DNA from: Camelus ferus
Lineage: Eukaryota
Direction: 5' to 3'
DNA: 64,000 bases
Assembly (NCBI RefSeq): GCF_009834535.1
Contig: NC_045697.1
Coordinates: forward strand, 117,058,001-117,122,000
In this document: positions 51,256 to 64,000 of the stretch, in pieces
How positions within the stretch are numbered: the stretch's first letter is position 1
Layout of the letters: each line of letters begins with the position of its first letter
Notes under the pieces: generated by a model
The model's input: only the letters and a program-made list of their open reading frames with translations
The model's database searches: none
What the model was told of the DNA's origin: nothing
Program-made: the position numbers and the translations under genes

Positions 51256-52564
51256 AGATGTTTACCTTGTAAAGACAACAGAGTAGAAGGAAATACAGTA
51301 ACTCAGGAGTTTTTACATAGCCTGTTATGAGTATGTAGTAAACAATAAACATGGATATACATGTTCATGACTATGGTTATACGTTATTCATTTAATTGAC
51401 ATTTTGGAATATGAGACTAACCGTAACTCAATGTGTTCTATATCAGATCTTCATGGTTTAAAAATTCTTAGCGCCTCCAACTGAAAGCGATCGTTCCCTC
51501 AGAAGAATTTACTTTAATCCTATATTCTAATATCCTTCAAGCTACGTCCCTCCAGTCAGAATTTCTGTTGAAGATTTTGAAAGTGCAACCGAAAAACTTC
51601 AACAAGCAGCTAAATAAATATACAGTGATAGGGCAGAAAGAAATAAATTGAAGCCACTTCATCCATCCAGTCACCCGCTGGAAGATGAATTACAGGCACA
51701 AAAGCAAAAGAAATCTATGTTGCACCACTGGGTGATAAAAAAGAAATATGAAGGTAATAGAATAACTGGTCTTAGGGCTCTTTTATAACGGCTACTTCTT
51801 CTCTTCCCATTTTGCTCCTTCGTTCTCCCCATCCATCCTGCTGGGCAAGTACATTACAGCCCCAAAGAAATACTCAACCAGAGGCAGGTTAAGTAGAATT
51901 GCAGGTTATATCAAGGAGTAACACATTGCATAAGTTCCGGAATGGCATTATTCCCCCATTATTCTCAGCAGCAAGTAGTTTTCTTTTGGAATAATTATAA
52001 GTAAGAGTTCCTCATGGCGCCCACCATTTGCTGCTGTATGCACTCCCAGGGCAGAGTGCGGGGCAGAACCCTTTCTCTGCGGAACAAGAGAGTTCTGAGT
52101 GTAAATAGGGCACTGAGGGATGGACGGGCCAAGGGGCTTAGAGTTGAAGACAGGTCATTACAAGTCCAGTAAAGGAGCACAAGGGGTTTAACCTGGCACG
52201 TTTATCTCCGGGGAGCCTCAGCTCTGGTGGTGAGGAGAGTATTCAGAAGCGACATGACTAGACACAGGACCTGGCATCTCTGTTTTGCATGTATTTCAGT
52301 GGTTTTACTCTGGGAAGATAATCTCTTAGAGGATCTTTAGGGCAAACTTCTAAGTCCTTTTTATCCTGAGTCTGTTAATTTAAAATAAAAGTAAACTAGA
52401 CATGAGTGGATAGAGTACAGGGTAAAGTAGAATTTTTTTTTTCCGCTAAAGTGGGGTGATGGGTCTGGGACAGACAGCTAACTGTGAGACAAAGGAATTG
52501 TATTATTTATAAATGCATTGGAAAAGTGCATTGGACTGGCTGTTACCAAGTAGAGTACTGTACT

Positions 52565-54195
52565 TACCTTTCCACAGTCAACAAATGTAAAACTTGATAA
52601 CATTTATGAAGCAACTTCTGTTAAGCATTAGAAACTGAAAGCATAAGGATAGAATCTTTGAAAGAAGGAACATCTAAGAGGTGCGTCCACAGTCACCCCA
52701 GCGTTTTGCCTGGAGCACTTTTCAAACCTTGACCCAGGCACATGGATCCCAAACACAGAGCAACAGACTTTCTGGGAAGAGAAGGCAGAGATCAGATGTC
52801 AAGGGTTGCTGTGGCATCTGGATCTGGGGGGCAAGGTACCAAAGGTGAGCTAGCTCCTCAAGAAAAAGGTCCAGAAATCTGCAGAGGTGCTTCCTTGAGT
52901 CTTTGACCAAATACTAAATTGTATATGTGGAGAATGAGACTCCATCAGGCCTAGAAGGAAGAAAACAAAAACAAAAAAAATCCACAAAAACTCTTCAGAG
53001 GGCTTGGAGCTGAATAGAGAGTTCATAAGTCAAGCAGTGCTGGAAAATACGAGCCAGAAAGGAGCGATCTTGGGTAACATTTCAAATATTCAGATGAGAC
53101 CCCAGAAAGACCGTGTCTTATGAGTAGGGTTCCTTTAGTCCTAGGGTAAAAGCTGCTTTAGATTTGTCCTTACAAAACTTAAAACAGAACCCTGTTGTTT
53201 TTTTTTAAGTATCTGTAAGACAATTTTATTTTGACAAAAATGTTATAAATAGTTTGAGTACATTTCTCACTGGTTAATTCACTTTATAGTTAATTAGCTT
53301 GTGTACAAAGACAGTCCTTTCCTGTATGATTGCATTAAAAAAAACACCCATTGTCAACAGATAAAAAGCAATTTACATCACATCAAAGATAATCATTTTA
53401 GTAAAAATGAAAAACAATCTCTGTGCCTTTTCTTGAGCTCTTCAATAGAATTATTCTTCAATCTTGATTTCTCTATATGATTAAATATTACATGTACTTT
53501 TTTTCAGATTTCATATAAACATCATTAAAAATCATCAGTAAATATATTAACTGCTAAAATAAAACTCTACATTCTATGATGGGGAAAAAATAGACTGTCA
53601 ACAGAGTAGCATCCACAAGTTCATCAGACAATGGAAAATAACAGACATACAAAGAAGCAAGAAAATGTGACCTATAACTAAAAGAAAAATAGAGTTGACA
53701 GAAACAAAAACAGAGATGACAACAATGTTGAAATAGCTATTATAAAAATTTCAATAATTTAAAGGAAAAGATGTACACAATGGACAAAGAAATAGAGGAT
53801 GTTTTTGGAGATACAGACACAATAAAAAAGAACCAAATGCAAATTCTAAAACTACAAACAATGTATGAATTCAGAAATTACTAGATAGGCTTAACAGAAG
53901 TTTGAGCATTGAAGACTGATCAATAGAAACTATTAGAACTTCAACACTGAGTGAAAAAAAAGAAAGAAAAATCTCAGTAATTTGTGGGAAAATATCAGGT
54001 AGTCTGCCATTAAGTAACTGGAGTCCCAGAAGGAGATAAAAGAGAAGTTGAGAAACAACAATTGTATGAATATATGATTTCCAAAACATCTCCAGACTTA
54101 ATGGAAAATATGCCCAATATCCTTCAAACAGGATTTTTTTTAAAAAGAACACTCATCTACATCATAGCAAAATTGTTGGAAATCAAAAGTAAAGA
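52565..54195 (+). mobile_element. Old L1 (L1MC/MD class) 5' region and ORF1, interrupted at ~53195-53530
   Basis: Similar to the 7135 element; ORF1-like AAAAAGAACCAAATGCAAATTCTAAAACT and GGAGTCCCAGAAGGAGA; ORF2 start resumes near 56100-56245. Confidence 0.75.
53195..53530 (-). pseudogene. Putative retrocopied mRNA 3'-UTR fragment (parent unidentified)
   Basis: On the - strand AATAAA (53225-53230) lies 18 nt before an A9 run (53198-53206); the AU-rich non-L1 sequence interrupts an L1. Confidence 0.55.
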
Positions 54196-54199
54196 GAAT

Positions 54200-56078
54200 T
54201 GCTTCAAAAATAATAAAAATATCTAGGAATACATTTAACCAAAGAGATGAATGATCTGTACATTGACAACTATAAAATATTGACAAAAGAAATTGAAGCC
54301 ACAAATAAATGGAAAGATATCCCATGTTTATGAATTGGAGGGATTCATATTATTAAAATGTTTATACTAACAAAAGTGACTGACAGATTCAATGCAATCC
54401 CTATCAAAATTCCAATGACAATTTTCACAGAAATAGAACAAACAGTCCTAAAATACATATAGAGCCACAAAACATCCTGCAAATCTAAATAATCTTAAGG
54501 AAGAAGCAGAAACCTGGACACAACATGCTTTCTGATTTCACATTGTATTACAAAGCAATAGTAATCAAAATAGTATGGTACCAGCATAAAAATAGACACA
54601 AAGATCAGTGGAGCAGAATAAAGAGTCCAGAAATAAACCCATAAACACATGGTTAATTAATTTACAGCGAAAGAGCCAAAAATATATAATGGGGAAAGGG
54701 CATTCTCTTCAATATATAGTATTGGAAAAACTAGACAACCACATGCAAAAAAAACCAAAAAAACAAAAAAACAAAAAACTACACTACTATCTTACACCAT
54801 ACACAAAAATCAACTCAAAATGGATTAAGGACTTGAATGTCAATCCTGAAACATAGATCTCATAGAAGAAAACATAGGGAAAAGGCTCCTTGACCTTGGT
54901 TTTGATGATTTTTTTTTAAATTTGACAAGACATGCAAAAGCAAAATAATAATAATAATAATAAACAAATGAGACTATATCAAAGTAAAATGTTTCTGCAA
55001 AAGAAACCATCAACCAAATGCAATGGCAACCTACAGAATGGGAGACAATTTGCAAATCATATATCTGATTAGGGATTACTACCCAAAATATATAGTTAAC
55101 ATATACAACTCAATAGCAAAACACACAATGGCTAAAAAATGGCTAAAGGATCCAAATAGATTGCTTTCCAAACAAGATATACAAATGACCAACAGGTACA
55201 TGAAAAGGTGCTCAACATCACTAATCATCAGAAAATACAGATCAAACCCATGAGATGTCATATCGGTTATGATGGTTTTTATGCTAAAGTCAAAAGATAA
55301 CAAGGATATGGAAAAAAGGGAACTCCTACACTACTGGGGTAAACTGGTAAATTGGTGCAGCCATTATGGAAAACAGTGTGGAGGTTCCTCAAAAATTTAA
55401 AAATGGAGCTACTCCATGGTGCAGCAATCTCACATCTGTGTATGTAGCTGAAGGAAATAAAACCTGGATCTCAAAGAGGCATCTGCACTCTTATGTTGAT
55501 TGCAGCATTATTTACAATATCCAAGATATGAGATGACCTACATAGTCCATCATGAACGTTAGAAAATATGGTTTATGTATAGAGTGGAATACTATTCAGC
55601 CATAACAAAGAAGGGAATTTTAGCATTTACCACAGCATAGATGAACCTGGAAGACACTGAGCTAAGTGAAATAAGCCAGAAACAGAAAGACAAATACTGC
55701 ATGATTTTAGCTGTATTTGGTATCTAAAGGAGTTGAACTCACAGTAAGAGAGTAGAGTGGTGCTATCAGGGGTTGAAACATGGGGACATGTTGGCTGAAT
55801 AGTGTACATTTTCAGTTATAAGTCAAATTGTTCTGTTGACCTAATGTCAGATAGTGGCTGAAGTCAATAATAATTTATTGCATACTTGAAATCTGATGAG
55901 AGAGTAGATCTCATGTGTCCTCACCAGACACACAAACAAAGGTGAGGTGATGGGTATGGTAATTAAGTTCATTGTGATGGTCATTTCATATTTTATTTGT
56001 ATGCCAAAGCATCACATTGTACCTGTTAAATGTTCACAATTTTTATCTGTCAATCATATTTCAATAAAGCTGGAAAAG
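54200..56078 (+). mobile_element. L1MA8/9-like LINE, 3' part of ORF2 plus 3' UTR, nested in the older L1
   Basis: ORF fragments YLTPYTKINSKWIKDLNV and KDPNRLLSKQDIQMTNRYMKRCSTSLIIR; ends TGTCAATCATATTTCAATAAAGCTGGAAAA. Confidence 0.92.
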
Positions 56079-56937
56079 ATGATCTATAAAGGCACTCATA
56101 GATAAAAAATAAAACAGAAAATATACATATATATCATGCAGCCTAATAATGAAACAGCTGGAATAGCCATATTAGCATTAGATAAAATAGATTTCAAGAA
56201 AATAACTATTACCAGATACAAACAGTGGCATTTTATAGTAGTGAAATTTCCTTATACGTCATAAACTACATTGAAGAAAGGCTAAGGAGTACTTTGAGGA
56301 TACGAGAGGGAAAAATAGGATATTTTGTTTCCTTTTTAATTTTAATGACCATGATCATTTCTCAGGATACCTGTATGTAAAACTACATATCAGTTTCAGT
56401 AATTGCCATGACTTTTATTTTAGGATTTTCATGATTATGTCAGACATCTTGGTTGTCTTTGTAATAGTCACGTCTTTGTTCTCGCTTGCTCCAGAACTCT
56501 CATTTTGCTTGTTAGCAAATACCATCCATCCCAGAAAACAGATGATGGTTGGTCTCTGTCAATCAGAACAATCTCTTTCCATTTTTCTAACGAAGGAAAT
56601 AGATATGGCCTTGTGTTTAAGGTGATTTAATACAATCACCTTAGTGTCTACACATATATCATAGTTTATTTTTAGGAAGCAAGCACAGAAAATAAATAAA
56701 AACAATCATAATTTGTAAGTAAATTAGTAAGTTGATTTAGTTAAGTTAGTTATTTAGTGAGTTATTTCTGTTAGTAATTTAAATGCTGTAAAATCCATGG
56801 ATGCAGGTATTATAGTAACACAGAAGAGAGGCTTCTGATTTAGTCTATCTGAGATGGACAAAGTATTGCTTCCAGTGACATTTTACCTTTATTTCATAGA
56901 AAATTAGTTAGTGGAAAATGGCCAAAGGTTGGACTAG

Positions 56938-57115
56938 ATCATTACTATCCCATAGAATGGTTTCTGTGATGATGAAGATGTTCTATATTTGCACATGCAG
57001 CTAATAAGCACTCTAATTATGGCTCATGTGATACAGAAATCGAGTTTTTAACTTAAAAATTTTTAATTTATATAGTAGCATGTGACTAATAACTATCACA
57101 TTAACAGTGAAGCTC
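56938..57115. mobile_element. MER3-like hAT-Charlie element inside a decayed L2
   Basis: TTCTGTGATGATGAAGATGTTCTATATTTGCAC...GCATGTGACTAATAACTATCACATT. Confidence 0.7.
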
Positions 57116-57421
57116 CAGAAGAGAGAAGATGCATGGAAAGTGCATATAAGTTTGAGCTCTGTGGATTGAAGTGTATGTGCTAAGATGCTTTGGGAAAAGA
57201 GGGCTGTTCTTCAAGTTATGGAGGAATACACAGCCCTGCAGGAGAGTCTGAAATTTCAAATTCTAAGGGCAGGGGGCCTATCAGAGTCTTTTAAGAAGGG
57301 AATGCTGAAGCCAATTAACATTTCAAAATAGCAGAGGTGATGCGGAGGAAGACCAGAGACCATCCCACTTAGAAGACTGGTCCATGTGATGCATCCTGAG
57401 GACTAAAACAGGGGCAGTGAA

Positions 57422-57471
57422 AGAGAGACAGACAGACAGACAGACAGAGAGACAGAGACAGAGAGACAGAG
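57422..57471. repeat. (GACA)n/(GA)n microsatellite
   Basis: Directly visible. Confidence 0.9.
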
Positions 57472-57759
57472 GGAAGAGCAGCATGTGTTCATTTAATTGC
57501 TGTGTAGGGGGTAAAACTGACCAGAGCAGGGAATACATTGAGTGTGACTTGTTGAGGGATGGGGATTACTAAGGGTGACCCAGGTTTGGTTCAGAGGAAG
57601 ATGCTTATAATCTTACATAACTGAGGTTGAGATGGATCTGAACTTCCAAAGAGAGGTGACCTCTTCCCACACTGACAAAAGCCTTTCTGCCTTCCTGGCT
57701 GGCTCTGAGAAGTGATGGAGTAGCCCAGGGCACAATGCGACTCTCCCTGTGCTTCCCCA

Positions 57760-58725
57760 TCTGTGATCTCAGATCCCACCTGGCTTTACAGGCTGATGAC
57801 TCTCAAATGAGCACTGCCTTCCTGATCACTCCACTGATCTTTAGACTCGCATGGCTGCTGCCTACTTGATATTCTAATTGGATGCGTAATATGCACTTCC
57901 TGTTTAACACGGGGAAAAATACAAATCTTGATGACTGCCACCCGCCATATTTGCCCAGGCAACAACATTTCCTCAGGCACTCCAACTCAAACGTGGGACT
58001 CATTCTTGATTCCTTCTGTTTCTTAATCTATATTCAAGTTATTAGCAAGACATTTCACTGTTCAAAAGTAGACTCAGTGTCTGTTCATTTTCCTATGTCT
58101 TCTCTGAGACTTCCCAGTTCCAAGAAACATCAGTTCTTGACTGAAGGTCTTGATTTCCTTCATGTATGTATTCTGTTCTTCAGCAAGCAGGCAAGTGGAA
58201 TGTTGTCAAAACAAACCTAATCACAGACATTTGCGGGGACTGGACCTTCAACTTCCTTCAGTTTCCATTACACACTCAGAGCGAGTTCCTATCCCTGCAT
58301 ACCTTACCTAGGCCTCCCCACTCCTTCAGCTTTCTGTTTCTCAGCACATCAAATTCATTGCTCCCTTAAGGCCATGGTACTTGCTGACTCCTTTACCTGG
58401 AATGCTTTGCCTCCTTTCCTTCCTTGGTCAGCACCCAGTTATCATGGAAGGCTCAGCTAGGGGTGGTCTTTTCTGATGGTCACTAGTCTGGTAGAGTTAC
58501 TGTGCCATAATCGTGTGTTGTGTTCTTTACGTCCTAGCACTTAGACTATAAAACCATCATATTTATGTATTTGCTTATTTTTTCACTCTCTTCTCACATG
58601 AACATGGGATAGCTGTGAGATAAAAGACCTTGTCTCTCTTGTTTACTCCTATTTCCAGCAGACAGAATTATCCCTGCTACCTGAGGAACGTGCAATCAGT
58701 AACCCTGAATGAATGAGTAAATGAA
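57760..58725 (+). mobile_element. L2 LINE 3' part
   Basis: GGCTGATGACTCTCAAAT, CTGCCTACTTGATATTC, ACCTGGAATGCTTTGCC, terminal TGAATGAATGAG. Confidence 0.8.
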
Positions 58726-58969
58726 AGAACGAGCTGCTGTGTAACAAGTGAGACAAGAAGATGCAAGGGCCATAACACAGTGGTGCTTCAGTGTGGAAGC
58801 TGAGACTAGAGGAACATAGCAAAACAGCCAGGAGAGGGCAAAAAAAGACAACCTAACTTTATGTAGCGGGTTTGGTACTTGGAGTGGATTTGGTACCTGG
58901 TGGGATACAGCCATCAGGGCACATGTGGAAAGGAGTTCAGTAGTACTAGCATCAGGTGATTAGACACCA

Positions 58970-59140
58970 TTATTTGAGCATCACATCTCCATGGCAACCC
59001 TCTGAGGTACTTTTTCACTTGCTTTAATGATGAGGAAAGTGAGCTCTGACATGTAACTCACTTTCTCGAAGTTGCCTACACCATCAGCGGCAGAACCAGA
59101 ATTTTCGTCCAAGTCATCTGATCTTTAATCTTTGCACTGT
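58970..59140 (-). mobile_element. MIR SINE
   Basis: CAACCCTCTGAGGTAC...GATGAGGAAAGTGAG...GGCAGAACCAGAATT. Confidence 0.7.
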
Positions 59141-60247
59141 TAGCCCTTTCTGACATTTTACATAAGGTTAGGGGCTTGTGAATAGGCTAGATTTGATGAC
59201 TGTGAGGTGCAGGTGTCTTCAGAGAAGGGGTTTTGTTGGGGTGGCGCTAATGCCTTCCTTATTGTGGTTTGGGAAAAGCTGGCTGTGAAGGGAAGTAAGA
59301 AGGTTGTCACTGTTGCTTCTTTTTGCTTTTTTTTTTTTTTTTTTTTTTGAGATCAGATGAACACGAGCATGTTAAATTCTTAGGAAGAAGTCAGAATGAA
59401 GGGGAAGGAGGGAAGGTTTAAAATACACAAGAGAGGAGACAACCAATGGATCGTGGTCATATGAAAGTAGAGAGAGGACATCAGTAACACGATTGGATAA
59501 CTGGGCTTTGGTGGAAAGAAAGACCGCTCCTCCCGCAAGAGAAGGCTGGAAAGAGAGGTGTGGTGCAGCTGACTACGCACAGAAGCAAGACGATGAGAAT
59601 GCTAAAGGCAAGACAAAAAGTGATGGAGGCGATGCTTTGTGAGGATCAGATGACAGTGGGGGAGAAGTCTAGGCGTCTAGGAGGTGGATTAAAGATGGGG
59701 TAATCAATTTCTCCAAGGACAGAAGCCACAGAGTCTGGTAGAGTGGGGACATTTCAGGAAGAAAGCTACATGAATATGAGTTTAGTGCTAGTGAGATGGG
59801 TCCAAATTAAGATCTTTGGCTTTTTGGATCCAAGATCATGAGCCTGAGGTTTTTTGCAGGAAAATTCCAGCTGCTTTTTGTGATAGATGATTGACTGACT
59901 AGTGAGATTCTGACGGATTTATCTGTGTTCATGGCTCTGGCCTTCTAGGTTTAGAAACTGGTCTTTATTCCAGTATAACCACAAATGACCAGCCACTTAG
60001 GGAACACCGGTATGGAGGGAGATCCCCCTTTCTGGCACCTGGAATGCTCATATATGTTAACCTCTCAGAGCCCAATTTGTAGGTATCCAGAAAACCATTA
60101 TGGTAACTGGATCTTTTTAATGAACATGGGATTAGAACAAACGAGGCCCATAGTCTTTAGCGTCATTTTGTACAGATCATAGTAGCAATGTCCATGCAAA
60201 CACTCCACCCTATAAGAGAAAGGGTAACTCTAGTAATTAGTACTCTT

Positions 60248-60620
60248 ATTTATTGAAGTATAGTCACTTTACAATGTTGTCTCAATTTCCAGTGTATAAC
60301 ATAATATTTCAGTCACATGTATACATACATACATTCATTTTCATATTCTTTTTCATTATAGTTTACTACAAGATATTGAATACAGTTCCCTATGCTATAC
60401 AGAAGAAACGTTGTTTATCTATTTTATGTATAGTAGTTATTATCTGCAAATCCTAAACTCCCAATTTATCCCTTCCTACCCGCTCCTGTACCGGGTAACT
60501 ATAAGTTTGTTTTCTATGCCTGTGAGTCTGTTTCCATTTTGTAAATAAGTTCATTTGTTTCTTTTTTTTTTTTTTAGATTCCACATGTAAGTGATATTAC
60601 ATAGCATTTTTCTTTCTCTT
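60248..60620 (-). mobile_element. 5'-truncated lineage-specific L1 3' end with perfect 19-bp TSD
   Basis: TCTAGTAATTAGTACTCTT at 60229-60247 and 60621-60639; the body matches the copy at 4684. Confidence 0.95.
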
Positions 60621-61021
60621 TCTAGTAATTAGTACTCTTGTGGACCAAGATTCTGCCTCTCTTTTCACCAGCCGTGACCCAAAATGGCAGTGGTGTTTCT
60701 CTGACCAGTGCTCCCAGGTATTCTCAGTTTTCCTTCTTCATCTTTCTTTCAAATATCATTAAATTAGGTGGTAGTGATCATTCAAGTATCTGTTTTTCTG
60801 TTCTAGGAAATGGTAAGTCTTGTCCAGTATAAATGGATGCACTTAAGTCAGCCCTCAGAGGGCAGTAGCAGTCCCCTTGTCGTGAAGTCTCGGGACATGT
60901 TTCACTATCAACTCTATGAACTGTAAATATTGACCTAGAGGACCATTGCATGTACGGATTTGGAGCTCAGGACGGGGAAGTAATGAAAGGAAGGCTGTGG
61001 GAATTACTGCTGTACACCGGG

Positions 61022-61206
61022 CAGCTGATCCCAAACTTGTGCTGTTACCAGAATCACCCAAGAAGTTTTTAAAAAAATATAAAGATTCCAGGATCTTTTC
61101 ACCAGCCATTGTAATTCAGTAGATCTGGGTCAGGGAACTGAAAAGTTATATTTTTATATAATCAACAGAAGTTTCTAATAAAATAATACAGCTGTGGAAA
61201 CCATTT
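61022..61206. mobile_element. MER5-type hAT-Charlie element
   Basis: CCCAAACTTG...CAGAATCACC...ATTCAGTAGATCTGGG...GGAAACCA. Confidence 0.7.
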
Positions 61207-61529
61207 TTAGAGATAATGCTGGAACTCTTGAATGTGGAATTCAAATATTTCTCAGGAGACAAATCGATGTTGTCCAAATGTGTAGACCTGGCTGTGAAGG
61301 CGGAGATGGAAAAAGGACAGTAGGAGAAAAAATGATACTCAAGGGACAGCCAGCTATTATTGCAAGGCTAAGATTGGAAGGGGGGCGTGGTTGCATATTA
61401 AGGGCAATCTGGATTTTGAAGACAGAGAGAGAGAGATTGACTGTAAGAGGAGAGAGGGTGAAAGATTTATGCAAAAGAGGCCTGGGGGTAACTGAAGAGG
61501 GGGCTTAACTGAGGCATGACTTTTACTCG

Positions 61530-61715
61530 GTGGCCACCTTCTGCCAGCACGTATAGACGTTCCTATTGTCCCTTCCAGAGACCCTGCAAGGTAAGTGTTA
61601 ATATTCCCATTAACTAATGTGGAACTGGGTATTTAAAATCCTTGCACAAATTGCACATTTTAAGGCAACTAATAAATAGAGTAGACAAGAATTTGATGTG
61701 GATTTGCCTGGCTTT
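61530..61715 (-). mobile_element. MIR SINE
   Basis: ACCCTGCAAGGTAAGTGTTAATATTCCCATT...GGAACTG...CTTGCACAA. Confidence 0.6.
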
Positions 61716-63543
61716 TCCTTTCCCTGCTCTTGCGTTTGTGAACAATGTTTAGGAATAAAGAAAATGAAGGAGGTTAATGAATATTTGGGAAGAGGGACAC
61801 TTCTCCTTCAGAGACTCCAGAGAAAGAAGAAGAATGGATGGGAATGAGGAGAAACACGGGGGGTGGGGGGGGGCGGAGTCTGAGATTTAAAGACAACAGC
61901 AGAACTTCTGAACAATCATCAGGGAGAAACAGCCAAGAGAAATGATAGAATATCAGAAAAGGCATAGTTTGTCAGTTTCCTGAACCACAATTGTAGGAAG
62001 AAAAAACCCAAATTGTGAATGATTTTTCAAATACTTCTGGAGTTAAATGTAAATACACATTTCTAAAAGCAATTAGTCAGATTTTCCACTATGTAGAAAT
62101 ACTGTCCTTGAACAGTGAGCCCAAAGAGATTAAACATCAGTTTAAAAAGAAGATTTTTGCCGTAAAATGGAATAAATTAAATTTAAATAAGCCACATTAT
62201 ACTTGCCAATCACTGGAGAACTGCATATGTAGCAACATTTTCTTGAGCATCACTTTGTAAAGCAAGTGAAAAAAAAAGATCTCATCATCTAAACAATCAC
62301 TGTTTAATGCATTTTTATAAATATGGATTTTCTATGGTGAGCAACTATTTTTCAAAGTAGGTCATACCTGCCATGGAAAATGTTAACTAAAGGAAAGCTT
62401 TTTAACTATAGATTTTTGTGTGTGTTTACATATTGATTTGTCGTTCATATTTGCAGCTCACAGAAGCGAAGAAAGTAATATAAAATTACAACCATGTATA
62501 AAGTTAATCTCCAAAATGTCGTGAAAAGTGGCATTTCTGTTAGATAAATTATAGCACTTTTTTTAAATATAATTTGCCTTCATCCCGCATGAAAGCTGTT
62601 GAAATCTATGCCATTTGAAAATTAATTATTTCTGTCTTCAATATTGCCTTTGACAAGGTAAGAAACAGTTGGATTCATTCTAATTTGCTTCAAGTACTGG
62701 TAATTATAGAGAGTGTGAAGAAAGCTCTCCTCTCAATTCTCTGTAATTATTATAAGACATATAACACACCTCTTAGAAAAGCAAATTCTCTGAGTTCATC
62801 ACCTCTGCCCCTCTGGACATATAATGTAACGTGTTTCTCCTTCTCTCTCTTTCCCTCTTTTGGTTTCGTTTAAAGAGAAATATATTATGGAGGTGCCATT
62901 ACAGATTTTTATGGGAAACCACTTTTGAAGGCTTTTTGGTTTAAAATATGGAGCTGACTACAACCTTCTGAAGCCTTTCATGAGTTTTGTTATCATATTT
63001 TCTCCATCCTGTATTATTAGAGTGGCGTTATGTATAAATATTCATTCTTGATGACTTTAATTTGGTCTCTGTTCAGGAGTCAAGCCCGTTGAGGCAAGCT
63101 GGAATCTGGATGGTTCTCCCTAGTATTTTGTGACCAATTTTGGGTCAGGTGCAAATGTGAGGGGCGTGTCTTGGGTGCCTTCTGACTCTTCTCTGCGCCG
63201 GCCCAGAAGTCCAAGATCTGTGATGCTTTCCCAGACCTCTCTACGTGCTGACCAGGTGTCAGTCACCAACGCTTACTGGGGTTGGTTGCACAATGAGTCT
63301 TAGTTTCGCCTTACGGTAGTGTGATTGTTCACTGTTTTATCCAGACGTATGTGTTAGGAGAGTCACAACATGTTCCCACAGTCTCCTTGTGACTAACTAA
63401 TCTCTAGAATGAGCAAAAGTCCACAGGTGAGAACTGGAGAGGCAGAAGCTGCAGGTGGGCTGGGAAGAGGCTGGGAACCAGACCTCAGGCTCCAGTGCGT
63501 ATGACCTTCCAGCGCAGTGGAGCTTTGGAAGGGCTAGGACTAT

Positions 63544-64000
63544 TGTGGCAGGCAGAATAATGGTCCTCCAAAGGATGTCGGCGCACTAACTCTTGGTACC
63601 TGTGAACATGTTAACTTCCACAGCAAAATTGACTTTGAAGATGTAATTAGGGCTGTGTACCTTAGAGCAGGGAAATTATCCTGGATGATTGGTGTGGGCT
63701 CAGTCTGATCACATGAGCCTTTAAAAGCAGAGGACACTGCTCAGCAGGCAGAAGGAGGCAGAAGGGAGATACAGCAGAAGGGGGTTCTCAGCATAAAAAG
63801 GGTTTGACACTCTATTGCTGGCTCTGAGAGGTAGAGGCTTACTTGTAAGGATGGGGGAGAAGCTTCCTCTAGGATCTGAGGGAGGCGTCTAGAGGAAAGT
63901 CAGGAGGAAATGAGGGACCTCAGTCCTACAGCCGCAAGAACTGGACCTTGCCAACAATCTGAAGGAGCCAGGGACAGATTCTCCTACAGAGCTTCTCTCT
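63544..64000 (+). mobile_element. ERVL-MaLR LTR (MLT1D/E-like), running off the window
   Basis: Starts TGTGGCAGGCAGAATAATGGTCCTCCAAAGGATGTC; GGGACCTCAGTCCTACAGCCGCAAGAACTGG. Confidence 0.9.

Noticed and set aside
58985..58998. X-box-like ATCTCCATGGCAAC
   Set aside because: Isolated and inside a MIR; no supporting cluster
1..64000. Prokaryote-style systems (operons, CRISPR, defence islands) or an intact ERV or transposase gene
   Set aside because: The sequence is mammalian repeat-rich DNA with no long ORF; no gag/pol/env or transposase coding region is visible

Overview
Mammalian, non-coding, repeat-rich genomic DNA, most likely from a camelid (alpaca, llama or camel). The assignment rests on seven tRNA-derived Vic-1-type SINEs and camelid/artiodactyl-type L1 3' ends. 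I recognise no intact protein-coding gene. The only ORFs with recognisable content are decayed L1 ORF2 pieces. The window holds layered transposable elements: old L2, MIR, MaLR, hAT and Tigger fossils, older L1M copies, four ERV1-type solo LTRs (two with clean 4-bp TSDs) and younger SINE/L1 insertions. About 40.3-52.5 kb is poor in young elements and contains an RFX X-box cluster and a possible spliced exon pair. I find no convincing novel biological system. The best observations are small: a retrocopied mRNA 3' end inside an old L1, a twin-primed tail-less L1 fragment, two template-switch palindromes, and repeated insertion at one target site. Repeat family names come from recalled consensus sequences, not from a search, and boundaries of old elements are approximate.
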